A stretch of 59,512 nt of DNA from Octopus bimaculoides (GCF_001194135.2 NC_068981.1:145451287-145510798), one strand, 5' to 3'; shown: positions 13,048 to 24,995, counted from the stretch's first letter. Notes: generated from the sequence alone by a model not told the origin. A program made the numbers and translations.

Positions 13048-13130
13048 TTATTCACTTTCGGGCTCCGATTTTATTTTTTTATTTTTCTTTTTCTTTTTCT
13101 TCTTTTTTACTTCTGTTGTGTCATCTTTAT
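13048..13130 (-). CDS. NOP58: Nucleolar protein 58, exon 15 (stop)
   Basis: ttacag|AT AAA GAT...GAA AGT GAA TAA; lysine-rich tail KKKKKKKNKKIKSEPESE*. Total CDS is 1509 nt (502 aa). Confidence 0.85.
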
Positions 13131-13243
13131 CTGTAAAGTAAAATATATTTCATATTAAAAGAATATCAAAGGTAGTATCCAATTCATAGAACAACGAATA
13201 TCTGAATATTAATAATACAAGTAGCTTTGGAAATAAAAAGGTT

Positions 13244-13318
13244 TGCCATCAGAATAGGGTGATGGATAAGTGTCATCATGAGCTTGACACTTCAATGGAT
13301 AAAATTCATCATCTGACA
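13244..13318 (-). ncRNA. Box C/D snoRNA candidate in the last NOP58 intron (no target recognised)
   Basis: UGUCA-g-AUGAUGA (C) ... UUGA (D') ... AUGAUGA (C') ... CUGA (D)-UGGCA, with a 5-bp terminal stem; about 110 nt upstream of the 3' splice site. Confidence 0.7.
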
Positions 13319-13384
13319 TCCTTAATTACAAAGCTACCTTCCAAGATCGAAATATGAAGTAACCTTTTAAGCAAATATACATAC

Positions 13385-13420
13385 CAGCCTCTTCTGGTTC
13401 TGATTTGACCTCTACCTTCA
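13385..13420 (-). CDS. NOP58: NOP58 exon 14 (36 nt)
   Basis: ttgcag|TG AAG GTA GAG GTC AAA TCA GAA CCA GAA GAG GCT G|gtatgt; VKVEVKSEPEEA, phase 1-1. Confidence 0.7.
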
Positions 13421-14289
13421 CTGCAAGTTTAAAAGAAAGTAAATCAATTATAAATAATTTATTAGCAGAATGTAGCACTGCTATGGGGCAAATTCAACTT
13501 GGAAATGCAAGACTAAGTTTCACTCCAGAAATATTAAGAGAATAATGTCTACAGGATTCAAAACTGAAGTCATTCCATTTATTTGTATTACTAGTGTATG
13601 CCTCACCCTGAAAATGTATTCTGTACACATTTCTTGCTCTCTTACGTTAGTTTTGTGTTGTTTCAAAATAAATAGTGCAGTATCTCATTTTCACATCCAT
13701 GACAGCCAGGTTGCACAAGTCTATTTCAGTAACCTTCTACATACTCTTCTCTTTTATGAGATGGAACACACATGCATCACACCTCCAACCCCTACAATCC
13801 TCTGCTAATGCTTATTTTCTCTATCAGCCTGCCATGCTTTATTATTTCTGAATGATAATGACCTTATAGAACATGTCTAATACCTATGTTTTTTTTACCA
13901 TGCAACTTCATACACAAAGCAGTCAAAATGTAACATTCATGATGGGAAAGACATACCAGTTGACAGGTCCATTGCTGCCATCTAGGATTTAAGTACCTAA
14001 GTGACTTCACTAACTACCCCTTTAGCATTTAAACCGACCATACCTAGCCAAATAACTCTACATGCTTTAATGTTCAAACTGGCCATCAACCCTGTCATTC
14101 TAAAAATAAATTATCATATCATCAAAATCTCAAAGCAACAGAATAATGCTTGATTAATTCAAAACAATATAAATTAATAAGTATTACATTTGACAATGAT
14201 CTGAATACTAAGCAGTTAAACCAACCGTATCTAATTTTCCAACTTTTGTAGATCAATAACTGTTTTCAAATTGAATGAAATATGCTGTT

Positions 14290-14490
14290 TTAACCCTTTA
14301 GTGTTCAGATTACTGTCAAATGTGTAGCTTATCTTCACATTGTTTTGAATTAATCATGCATTATCTTGTAGCTTCAAAATTCCAATGTGATATTTTAAAA
14401 ATAAACTGACATTATAGGGTACACCTAAGAGGCCAGATCTGGCTAGTTTAAACATAGAACAGGTAGAATATTTTGGCTGGTTTAGGTGCT
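14290..14490. mobile_element. TTAA-flanked ~225-bp MITE, interrupted by a SINE A copy (about 14491-14900)
   Basis: Starts ttaaccctttag; internal sequence matches the copies at 24722 and 36203. Confidence 0.7.
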
Positions 14491-15276
14491 ATCATCATCA
14501 GTTAACGTCCGTCTTCCATGGGATGGTTCAACAAGAGCCAGCCAGGTTGAAGCCTGCACCAGCCTTCTGTGACTGTTTTGGCAAGATTTTTACAGTTGGA
14601 TGCCCTTCGGAACACCAACCACTTTACACTGGACTGAGAGCTTTTAAGTGGCACCTACACTGACAGGGTCACCAACTACTTGCAAGACAAAAAAAAAACT
14701 TTATAGAAGAGGTAGCATTGATGTAGGTGATGATGAAATGGTTATAGTGAGACATACAGGTGTCTTGCTGTAGAGGAAGTACAAGGTTACCTGGCCAGAG
14801 AGAGTAAGGTCAGGAATGAAGACAGAAATAGGTGTGCTACAACACGGAAATACAGAGTTGCCCAACCTGAGGGAGAGGCAGGATTAAAATACCTCATTAT
14901 TAAGCTAGCCCTTGAGAAATGGACTAGCATTGAATTTTAGAAAATTGTAATTTAAATCACTTTAAGACAGTGAATTGGTGGTCTCGAGTGAGTTTATGTG
15001 CAAAATGCTGACGGCTTTTAGGCAAATACATATATGCAATAGTATGTTTGAGAGTTTTCCAGCGTGAAGTACAATAAAACTATACTCCCGAGGATAGCAA
15101 TCAAGGTTTTTCTTTTGGCATTTCAGTCTCACAGTTGACAGGATCTTCAACTGTTAAAAATAGAAATGCACCCAATTAAAAGAATGTTTTTTGTAATTTA
15201 ATTTTATGGTGGAGCTTCTGCACCCTATTCTTCAAAATACTTTTTCCTAATCTTGACAATATCCGCCAACCAGAGC

Positions 15277-15480
15277 TTAACCTTTTAGCCTTCAGGTTAC
15301 TCTGTCAAATACAATGCTTACTTATTTATTCACATGCATTTTCTCTTAGCTTCAAAATTTCAAAGAAGTGATAGTATAATCTTTAGAATGATGTTGTGAG
15401 ATAGGTGTGAGGAGCCAGATCTGGTCAGTTTGAAAATGGAAGTAGACAGAATATTTGGGCTGATTTAAATGTTAAATCAC
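15277..15480. mobile_element. TTAA-flanked MITE (degenerate)
   Basis: ttaaccttttagc start and the shared family internal sequence. Confidence 0.65.
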
Positions 15481-15605
15481 TAACATCACATTTTTCAAGG
15501 CTTTTCTCACCAATTTCTAGATATTGGAATTACAACCATACTAACATTTATTAACAAGTATCTCTAAATGAAGATTATATACTGAAAGAGAAATATCTCA
15601 ATTAC

Positions 15606-15727
15606 CAGATTCATCAACTTTTCTCTTTTTGGAAGATCCGCCTTCTGTCACAGTCTCATCCAATTTTCTCTTTTTGCTCTTCTTACTCAATGTGGAATCT
15701 TGGCCTTCGTCATATTTCTTAACAACA
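15606..15727 (-). CDS. NOP58: NOP58 exon 13
   Basis: ttgcag|T GTT GTT AAG...GAA TCT G|gtaatt; VVKKYDEGQDSTLSKKSKKRK; phase 2 to 1. Confidence 0.85.
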
Positions 15728-16289
15728 CTGCAAAACGGATGCAAAATTTTATAACCTGAGGTTAAAAAGTGCAACATTGAGATTTAATAAAATCATCTTT
15801 TTTTTTAATTAAACTTGTTTGCAATCTATTATATATTAAAATTTAAACATAAAAACTTTTTTATTGTTTCACAGAGCCAACTTGTTTCAGGTGAAATGAA
15901 AAGAATGCAAGTTCTTTATTTCAATTTCAATACAACTGCCCCTTGGTTGTGTAGTGGTTACAAATAAATCAATGTTAGAAAAAAGTGCCCTCCCCCATGT
16001 TCCCTCATCATTTGATGGTGCTGTGTGTTGGACTTAGTTACATTCCAAGTTTAAACAGCAGCCAAATTCTATTCTTTGAAAAGCAATAATAAAACAAATG
16101 CCAGTTCTGAATTTAAAATGCTGTCCAAACAATAAGGTCAATATATTCAACTATACAATCTAAAAAGAGCATCACAGTAAGGTTGCAATCTTAAGAATGG
16201 AATCAATAATGGAAAAAAAAAAATCCTACTAATAATTCACATCAATGCTGTCCAAAAACTAAGGTCAATATAACCTAAAATCAACATAC

Positions 16290-16348
16290 CTTTTATTTTC
16301 ATACTTATCAAATGTTTTTCCTTTTCCATGCCCACTTAGTCTCCGTGA
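16290..16348 (-). CDS. NOP58: NOP58 exon 12
   Basis: ttgcag|TCA CGG AGA...AAA AG|gtatgt; SRRLSGHGKGKTFDKYENK. Confidence 0.88.
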
Positions 16349-16446
16349 CTGCAAAACAGAAATAAAATAATGAAAAATCAAAATACTGAAGGCCTCAAAA
16401 GATTTCAAAGAAACACAGAGAAATTCATAATAAAATAAGCACTTAC

Positions 16447-16581
16447 ATTGCCTTCTTCCATTAACTTTAACCGTTTTTCTACTTTCGCTCTCTGTGCAAT
16501 TCCTAATTCAGCACTATCATCTTCGCCAAGTGCATCATATCTCACAGCTAAGGATACCTTAGCAGCAAGGGAACGTGAAAT
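16447..16581 (-). CDS. NOP58: NOP58 exon 11
   Basis: ISRSLAAKVSLAVRYDALGED..., Nop domain; 135 nt, phase 0-0. Confidence 0.95.
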
Positions 16582-17117
16582 CTGAAATAATTACTCAATT
16601 TTTAGACTTGGCAATATAACCAAAGACCAACTGTATGTAAAGAAAAAATTTACTTTTATTTCAAAGAAAGCCAATGAGTATTACAATATCATTTAACCTT
16701 TTACAGCCCCAACCCACCTCTGAATCCAAGATATAAAACCAACAATGACATTTAACTTTTTATCATGTAAACCAGCCATATCCAGCCCAAATATTTTACC
16801 TAAATTATGTTCAAACTGGTCAGATAAGGCCTCTCACACCTACACTATGTTATTCTAAAAATAATGAGCCATATCATCAAAATCTCAAGCAATGCAAGAT
16901 AAATCCAAAACAATGTAAAAAAGCACTCAGTACACTCAGCAAAGTGATTGGTCTAAGGAAGGGCTTCCAGCTGTAGTAAGCAAACCAAAAGTTCGGAATC
17001 TGGTGCAGCCCCTGGCCTTGCCAGTTCTTATCGAGCTGTTCGACCCATGTAAAACAGACTTTAAATGAAAATGATGATAATGTGAATAAGCACTACATTC
17101 GACAGAGTAAATCACCA

Positions 17118-17340
17118 TCATCATTTAGCACCTGTTTTCCATGTTGGCATGGGTTAGACAGTTCGACTGGAACTGGTAAGCCAGAGAGCTGTACCAGGAT
17201 CCAGTCTGATTTTGGCTTGGTTTCTATGGCTGGATGCCCTTCCTAATGCTAGCCACTCCAAGAGTGTACTGGGTGCTTTTCACATCACAGGTGCCTTTCA
17301 TGTATCACAGTCAGGGATGCTTTTTACATATCACCATCAT
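17118..17340 (-). mobile_element. SINE family A
   Basis: catcatcatttagc...ttccatgttggcatggg...ggatgcccttcc. Confidence 0.75.
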
Positions 17341-18130
17341 TGAGGAGAGGGGCTTGACTGCTAAAAGGCTAGGTTAGGATCTTTCATCATAATAAGAACC
17401 CATTTTCTAAGTTATTTACCAACACCTATAAATCAAAAGACAAATTCTTTCAGAGTGAAATGGTGCATTTCATTTATTTAGTTGCCTACAGCAGGTGGAA
17501 TGACTAAAGACTTTACTTTACTATATATTGTCTCCATTTCTCCTTGATAATATAGGTTGCATACTCATTCTTACACATGTATAGAATAAGAACGATGGTC
17601 AATCATAAAAACAGTCAACCCTTTCGTTACTAAGGCAGCTGTAGCCAGCCAAGAATATTATTTGCATGTGTCACCAAGCAGCCACAAATGGTTGAAATAA
17701 CTTCATCATATTTTTCATGAGAATTTCAGTGCAAATCTCAATAGGACATTTGTGAAAACATGATTACACTGTAAACAATTGAGTTACACTGTTCAACATC
17801 TCAAGATGTAATTTAATGGGCAAACCTTTCCTCCTAAATTTGTAGCCTAAAACTTACTGAGCAGCATAGAGATAGAATTAAGGAGACATTTGGCAAAATG
17901 CTGTGTGGCATTTGTTAATCTCTTTACATTCCAAGTTCGACATCCAGGGTCACTAAAAGTGCCAGTTAAACACTAGTTTGTTGTTAAAGAATTCCACTTC
18001 CCACAAGGACCTGTACCTACATTAGGAGATTACTGCAGTCTTTATATTCAAAAAGATATGTTTGATCTGGCTCATTTTCAACCCCTTTCCATCTTCTGTG
18101 CCTAATACAAAATGCAATAAAATAACTTAC

Positions 18131-18294
18131 CCTTCCTTTTAGCTTCGCATTTGTCTGTGAAACAAGTGCTGCATGATAGATAAGTCCATATTTAGGGGTA
18201 TCATGCATCGACTTAATTGCTTTAAATAAAGCTTTTTCAGCTCCTAATATCTGTACAGTAGAGGACGGATGTTTTGCCAAGGTTAGAAGAGAAC
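18131..18294 (-). CDS. NOP58: NOP58 exon 10
   Basis: [36 protein letters not shown], the Nop-domain signature; 164 nt. Confidence 0.97.
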
Positions 18295-18764
18295 CTGAAG
18301 TAAATGTAGAAAAGAATAACAACTATAACACAGTCAGAAAGTCATTGCAATCTCAAAACAAGAACTCACTAGCTTCTTGCAGCATTACATAATTAGATGC
18401 TAAAGAATGTTCAAATGAAACTAAGCAATTTAAACTGGTCACATCTGGCCTCCTGCTTTATGTTCAGATGAGATAGATCTAATCTCTCACACCTACTCTT
18501 ACAATGTCATTCTAAATATAGACAATAACATCATCAAAATCTCAAAACTATGAGATAAGACACGATTAATTCACAAAAATAATAAATAAGCTTTATATTT
18601 GTCAGAGTAATATGAACACTAAAGGGTTAAATATGAACTTCTATTAAGTTGTAAAGAATATATTAGTGCTCGAAATTTGTATAAGGCTATATATGACTTG
18701 CATTGTTGGAAAGACAACATAGAAGTCAGATTCATGAAAATAATCCAATAAAAATAGCAGCCAT

Positions 18765-19070
18765 TATCATTATTGTTTAATGTCTGCTTTCCATGCTGAC
18801 ACAGGTGGGATGGTTTGACATGAGCCAGCCAAGCGAAAGCCTGCACCACAATTCTGTGACTGTTTTGGCAGGATCTTTACAGCTGGATGCCCTTCCTAAC
18901 ACCAACCACCCAGCAGAGTGAATGTAGTGCTTTTTATGTGGCACATGCACAGGCAAGGTCAGTTTTGACAAGGTTTTTATAGCTGGATGCCCTTCCAAAT
19001 GCCAACCACTTTACAGTGTGGTCTGGATGCTTTGTAAGTGGCACTTGTACAGACAGGATCACCAATTAAG
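18765..19070 (-). mobile_element. SINE family A (flanked by TTAA-MITE copies at about 18425-18630 and 19185-19396)
   Basis: Family tail and core motifs; the neighbouring MITE ends aaagggttaa at 18630. Confidence 0.75.
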
Positions 19071-19428
19071 TCCTAGGGTCAATAAATTAATGCTATTGAA
19101 TCATAAGACCACATTGGTTAAGGTGGTCCAAGATACACACTGCATGATAAAAAATATATACTGGTCAAGGCTTGAATCACCTTTACCCTTTAGCATTCAT
19201 ATTACTTTATCAAATGTGAGTGATTCTTATTTCTTCACACTGTTTTACATTAATCATGCATTATCTTCAGGCTTTGAGACAATGTGATTTAGTTTTTAGA
19301 ATGACATTAAGTAGGTATGAGAGACCAGATCCACCCTCTTTGAACATAATGCATGTAGAATATTTGGGCCTGATATGGCTAGACTAAATGCTTAACAATA
19401 AATCCCAAATTTGACAAAAACAACCTAC

Positions 19429-19555
19429 CTGCATGTGCTATCAATCTGGCACCAACATGTTCACCTACAAGGACTGTAAGATTCGGTGCAATTGCCACCA
19501 TGCGATTTTTTAAATAATCAAACAATGTCGCTCGATATTCAGAGATTTCTATGAT
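19429..19555 (-). CDS. NOP58: NOP58 exon 9
   Basis: [43 protein letters not shown]; 127 nt. Confidence 0.97.
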
Positions 19556-20432
19556 CTGAAATACAAAAAAGGCCATTATTAATAAAGAGAATGAAATAAA
19601 AAAAACAATACTCGAAATGCAGACAGAGTAGCTGATACATTGCAGCTAAATATTGACATTTTCAAACTGGCTTTTGGTGCTTCATCATGGTTACAAACAG
19701 CAAGAACTTTTACTGATTGTAATAACTGGGTGTTTTTTTTTTGAGGGGGGGGGCTTTTTGGATGTGATATAGCATAGTGTTTCCAATACAATGCTAGAAA
19801 GGCCGTCTCAGTATTATTTTTACTTTTGTCATGGTGAGAGATAGCATTTTCCTGAATCTTGCTTTTAACTTAGGGCAAGCATTTCTGTTTATTTCTATTT
19901 TCTTCTTGCAGTAAGTTCATCTCAACCGAGACACAAAGTACTGGACGAGTACCCAAGACAGAATGAATAGATATATGTGAGTACTTGCATATTTAGCCAG
20001 ACATGTGAAATGGGAAGCTTCTTACACTTGTGGTGATGATGATAGCAGAACTTTTTTTTTTTTCTGAGCTGTAGTTGATCTCTGCTACTACTTTGAGAGT
20101 TGCTACTGTATTTGCAATCACTACTAGACTGGAAAAATGTAAAATATGAGTTGCTTGCTCAAGATCAGAACACACAGCCAGGAATCAAACTTACAAGCTT
20201 ACATTTGTGAACTGAATACTCTAAACTTATGTGCCTTCACATCAACCATCTAAGGACATAAATGGTCTTTCCAACAGACTTCTGCAGTTTCTATTTGCTC
20301 AATTCAAACCTATAGTGGAAGGCATTTGCCCAGATGTTGCACAATGGTATCAAATATGAAACCACATAATTATAAACTTAATTTCTTAACCACATAGCCA
20401 CACCTAAACAAAAAAGTAAAATCTTCACCTAC

Positions 20433-20578
20433 CTGTTTACATAACTCTTTAATATTTCTAATATCCTCATCTGTTATTTCAGTGCCCATTGATATTTCTG
20501 CTGTTACCTTCAGTTCCTCTTCAACCTCTTCAGGGAGAATGGAAGAAAAGTCTAAATTTGCAGCATTGGTCCTATCAC
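20433..20578 (-). CDS. NOP58: NOP58 exon 8
   Basis: GDRTNAA...LPEEVEEELKVTAEISMGTEITDEDI..LCKQ; 146 nt. Confidence 0.97.
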
Positions 20579-20679
20579 CTAAAAGGGACAAAAATTAGGA
20601 ATTGCAATCAAAACCTAGTACAATAGTGAAACAAAGTTATCACAAACTACATAAAACACACAAGAAGAAAAAAACTTAC

Positions 20680-20814
20680 CCATTAAATCAACAACTTTAG
20701 CAAATGCAATATTATCTAGGACTATTTTAGATAATTCTGGAAAATGCCAACCATACCATTCCTTAGCTCTCATTACATAATTATTGAGTTCTTTGTCTAA
20801 ATCATCAAGGAGTG
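20680..20814 (-). CDS. NOP58: NOP58 exon 7
   Basis: [27 protein letters not shown] (NOSIC region); 135 nt. Confidence 0.97.
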
Positions 20815-21435
20815 CTGCAAGAAATATAAAAAGTCTATAATTAATTTCAAAATATACATTTCCAAAAAAATCTACATGTAAATCAACAATTAGCACATCC
20901 ATTCTTATTAAATTTTTTGTTACCATAATTCTATTTAAACACTTTGTTCCAGTAAATGTTCAAAATAATGAAAAAAATTAATAAAACAGCTTTGTCATTA
21001 TTAATCTGGAATTAACATGAAATTATTAAGGGAAGAATTTAACTTAGATCACTTAGGAAGTTTATATTGGAGAACCAAGGGTGATCTCAGATTAGTATCA
21101 AACAGATTTAACTATTAAAAAAATTAAGAATTTTACATATATACCTAATTTCTAAAAGTCTAAGTGCATTGTTTAACATTTTTAGTGCCATTATTTCTGT
21201 TGAAATATCATTGTTTTAATTATTTTGCAATTAATGAAGAATTTAGTAAAATAAACTGGGGTCTGGATCAAATAAGGAATTTTGATGGAAAATTTTAACA
21301 TGCTAAGTTTGTATTGTGGAACCAAGGATGATTGTGGACAGGTTGGTATGAAAAATGCTAGACTAATATTAAGTAGAATACTATCAACTTGATCATTTGT
21401 CATGGTCAAAACACACTGGTTTAATATTTACTTAC

Positions 21436-21500
21436 TAATTGCTTGAACAATCATCGTGTCAACTTTATCAGGACTGAACTTCAGTTTATATCTTGAGAGG
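21436..21500 (-). CDS. NOP58: NOP58 exon 6
   Basis: SLSRYKLKFSPDKVDTMIVQAI; 65 nt, ttgcag / gtaagt. Confidence 0.97.
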
Positions 21501-21669
21501 CTGCAAACGAAAATTAAAACAATAACTACCAAGATAGGAATACACCTCCATTGCAAATACATCTCCAGGGAAACGTCTAATCTTTACTCAACACATAATT
21601 TTAATTTATGTATCTCTAGTATTGTGTAATTTAAGAAAAATTAATTTCAAGCATTGCAAAGTCAGGATA

Positions 21670-21890
21670 TTAACCCTTTTGATACCAACCCAGCTGAAAC
21701 CGCCTCTGACTCTGTAGTACAAATGACTTGTTTTCATAAGTTTTGAATTAAAATCTTCCAAGGCTTAGTCACAATTTATGTTCCGAACATCAGCTTAATG
21801 ATAACTAAGTTATTTTTCTAAATGCTGTTATATTTAAAATTAATTGAAAGAAACAGAGAATCTCAAAATCAATACAATAAGAAAACATTT
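21670..21890. mobile_element. TTAA-flanked MITE, second family (ttaacccttttgatacc...)
   Basis: Inverted copy of the outer element at 22208-23880; its right end is degenerate. Confidence 0.7.
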
Positions 21891-22098
21891 AACAATTATT
21901 TTAAATTTTTTCAAGATTAAAAAAAATAACCAGAACTAAAGATCCAACCAAACTGATCATACGACTGCTAATTTGCGAGTTTGTTACAAAACTTTCTTCA
22001 TAACCATGTAAAAAGAAAAACCTTTCGTTATGCTTGTTTCTCAAAATATAACCCACAATCAGAATTCGGAAAAATTTCTACGTAAGTATTAAGCCAAT

Positions 22099-22164
22099 GT
22101 CTCAGTGGTAGTGACGAATAACAGATTCATCAAGGTAAATATGTTTATTGCCTTCATCATAGAC
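22099..22164 (-). ncRNA. SNORD70: Box C/D snoRNA, SNORD70-like (guide for 18S rRNA Am512-equivalent)
   Basis: GUC-U-AUGAUGA (C) ... UUGAUGA (C') ... UAUUCGUCACUACCA-CUGA (D)-GAC. The 12-nt guide is complementary to conserved 18S GGUAGUGACGAA and the D+5 rule selects the A. It lies in NOP58 intron 5. Confidence 0.88.
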
Positions 22165-22207
22165 TCTGGCGTAACAACTTACAAATGAAAAATACAAGAA
22201 GGGATAA

Positions 22208-23880
22208 TTAACCCTTTCGTTACCGTATTTATTTTGAGCTGCTGTTTCTTTCAATTAACTTTAAATATAACTAAGAATTTAGTAAAATAACTTAGTTATC
22301 ATTAACCCTTTCGTTACCATATTTCTAACCAAATTACACCCCTTATGTGTTTCAATTAATTTCTAACATAATCATAAATTTAGGCTGGTTTCATTAAACA
22401 ACTCTAACTTTTTTATTTATCAACATATTAATGTGATTTTTGGAAGATAATTTAACGAAAGGTTCTCAACCAATTCTATACCAAAATTTTTGTCACAAAG
22501 TGACTTTAATTACAGGTAAATTCAACAAAATATAAAATTATTTTAATTTTTGTTCAAACATCGCTATAGAAAATGGGTTAAGCTAATATTCAATTGGGTA
22601 TACAACAAAATATTATTATAGAAGAGTTGTGCACATTACTGGATTTATTACTGTCTCTTTTGCCAGTATAAAATTAAAATCCAGAGCAGTACCCAGTATT
22701 TGATTCACAAATCTTTTCCAAACTTTGATCCCCCATTTTGTGCGCTTTCNNNNNNNNNNNNNNNNNNNNNNNNNNNNNNNNNNNNNNNNNNNNNNNNNNN
22801 NNNNNNNNNNNNNNNNNNNNNNNNNNNNNNNNNNNNNNNNNNNNNNNNNNNNNNNNNNNNNNNNNNNNNNNNNNNNNNNNNNNNNNNNNNNNNNNNNNNN
22901 NNNNNNNNNNNNNNNNNNNNNNNNNNNNNNNNNNNNNNNNNNNNNNNNNNNNNNNNNNNNNNNNNNNNNNNNNNNNNNNNNNNNNNNNNNNNNNNNNNNN
23001 NNNNNNNNNNNNNNNNNNNNNNNNNNNNNNNNNNNNNNNNNNNNNNNNNNNNNNNNNNNNNNNNNNNNNNNNNNNNNNNNNNNNNNNNNNNNNNNNNNNN
23101 NNNNNNNNNNNNNNNNNNNNNNNNNNNNNNNNNNNNNNNNNNNNNNNNNNNNNNNNNNNNNNNNNNNNNNNNNNNNNNNNNNNNNNNNNNNNNNNNNNNN
23201 NNNNNNNNNNNNNNNNNNNNNNNNNNNNNNNNNNNNNNNNNNNNNNNNNNNNNNNNNNNNNNNNNNNNNNNNNNNNNNNNNNNNNNNNNNNNNNNNNNNN
23301 NNNNNNNNNNNNNNNNNNNNNNNNNNNNNNNNNNNNNNNNNNNNNNNNNNNNNNNNNNNNNNNNNNNNNNNNNNNNNNNNNNNNNNNNNNNNNNNNNNNN
23401 NNNNNNNNNNNNNNNNNNNNNNNNNNNNNNNNNNNNNNNNNNNNNNNNNNNNNNNNNNNNNNNNNNNNNNNNNNNNNNNNNNNNNNNNNNNNNNNNNNNN
23501 NNNNNNNNNNNNNNNNNNNNNNNNNNNNNNNNNNNNNNNNNNNNNNNNNNNNNNNNNNNNNNNNNNNNNNNNCATCGTACAAAACTATAGCTGAACTGTT
23601 TACACAAATAATCACGTGTTTTCACGAATGTACTAACGAGATTTGCTCGGATATTCTCATTTAAATATGAATAGGTGATTACGGGCGGCTTTGGGCGGCT
23701 TGGTCACATGAAACAAAATTTTTTTCGGGCGGTTTGGTAACGAAAGGGTTAAGTTAGTGTTAGGAACATAAATTGGGACTACGGTTTGGTGGAAGATTTT
23801 AATTCAAAAGTTATGAAAATAAGACATTTGTACTATAAAGCCAGAGGCAGTTTCAGCTGGTTTGGTATCGAAAGGATTAA
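22208..23880. mobile_element. TTAA MITE split by a nested piggyBac-like insertion
   Basis: Left end ttaaccctttcgttacc at 22208 and right end ggtatcgaaaggattaa at 23880; the internal sequence resumes across the inner TTAA duplication. Confidence 0.75.
22306..23748 (-). mobile_element. piggyBac-like element with transposase remnant (contains N-gap 22750-23572)
   Basis: TTAA target duplications at 22302-22305 and 23749-23752; TIRs CCCTTTCGTTACCA; frameshifted KRTKWGIKVW / ICESNTGYC resembles the piggyBac transposase motif. Confidence 0.8.
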
Positions 23881-24721
23881 ATAGAAAATAAAAAAAAATT
23901 AAAAAATGGAATAAGCAGAACAAAAGATGTGGGATATAGAGTCGCTGAAGAAGTCACATAGCATTTAAACTGGCCATATTTGGGCCCAAATATTCTGTTT
24001 TTCTCTAACCTTTTTGGTCTCATATTCCTACTGAAACAGACTACTTTTGTTACAACTAATTCTGATGATAATGGACTTGGAAAACTGTCATTATTAAGCT
24101 AATGTTTGGAATGTAAACAATGCTGGAATTTGCATGAGGTTTTGGTTAGCCTGGGGTTACAGTAGAAGACACTTGCCCAAAGTGTCTCAGTGAAATGAAT
24201 CCAAAATGATGTGGCTGGGAAGCAAACTTCTTAATCATACAGCCAAGCCTGCATCTCCTAACCACATGTTCTTCATTGAAGGATTTCCAGATCAAAGTCA
24301 TTGAATCACCTACACCAAGGATTTTAACCTTTTTATGGATATTTCTATGTAGGCTGTTTAAGTTTCAATTAATTTTCACAAGATTGAGTTAATAAAATAC
24401 CTAAAACATATAAATAGGATTTTATTGGTGATGTGGGTCCTACGAAACCTTTGAACTTAGAAGCCAAGCTTGATGAGTATGTCTGTCAAATTTTTGTCAG
24501 AATGGAAGATGTGACAAGTTAGTTGTGTATACCAACAGGATAACACTGTTATATTACGGAAATGGAGCTTTAACCACTACAAATGCTACAAATTGACAAT
24601 TACACCCACTTTTTGTACCAAAGAACCAGCAACATAGTGTATTCTAAGTATAAATGCTACTCACAATATTGATCTTGTTATTCTACAATCAAGTTTTTAT
24701 CTTTATAAATATTTAGTAATA

Positions 24722-24944
24722 TTAACCCTTTAGCAGTTAAACAGGACATAGCCAAAATATTCCACCTGTTTTATCTTCAATTTGGCCAGATCTGACCTTT
24801 TACACCTGACCTACAGTATCATTCTAAAAACAAACAATCATGTCATTGAAATCTCAAAGCTTTGAGGTAATGCATGATTAATTTTTTTTTAAATGTGAGT
24901 AAATAAGCATAAAGTTGACAGAAATCTGAATGCTAAAGGGTTAA
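24722..24944. mobile_element. TTAA-flanked MITE (complete)
   Basis: Perfect 14-bp ends ttaaccctttagca...tgctaaagggttaa. Confidence 0.85.
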
Positions 24945-24995
24945 TATTCTAATGTCTTAAATCAAACAGTTGCTGTCTTTAAAAATAAGCCATTA

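Noticed and set aside
15887-16011. C box and D box 125 nt apart in NOP58 intron 12
   Set aside because: No terminal stem or C'/D' boxes, and only a ~9-nt low-complexity rRNA match (UGAAAAGAA).
19660-19690. AUGAUGA plus ACUGGCUU match to 28S in NOP58 intron 8
   Set aside because: No downstream CUGA D box; the duplex is only 8-9 bp and does not select a known site.
22616-23664. ~300-aa ORFs in all frames
   Set aside because: Artefacts of the 823-N gap; the same applies to ORFs spanning 30560-30669 and the small gaps near 47904, 58324 and 58936.
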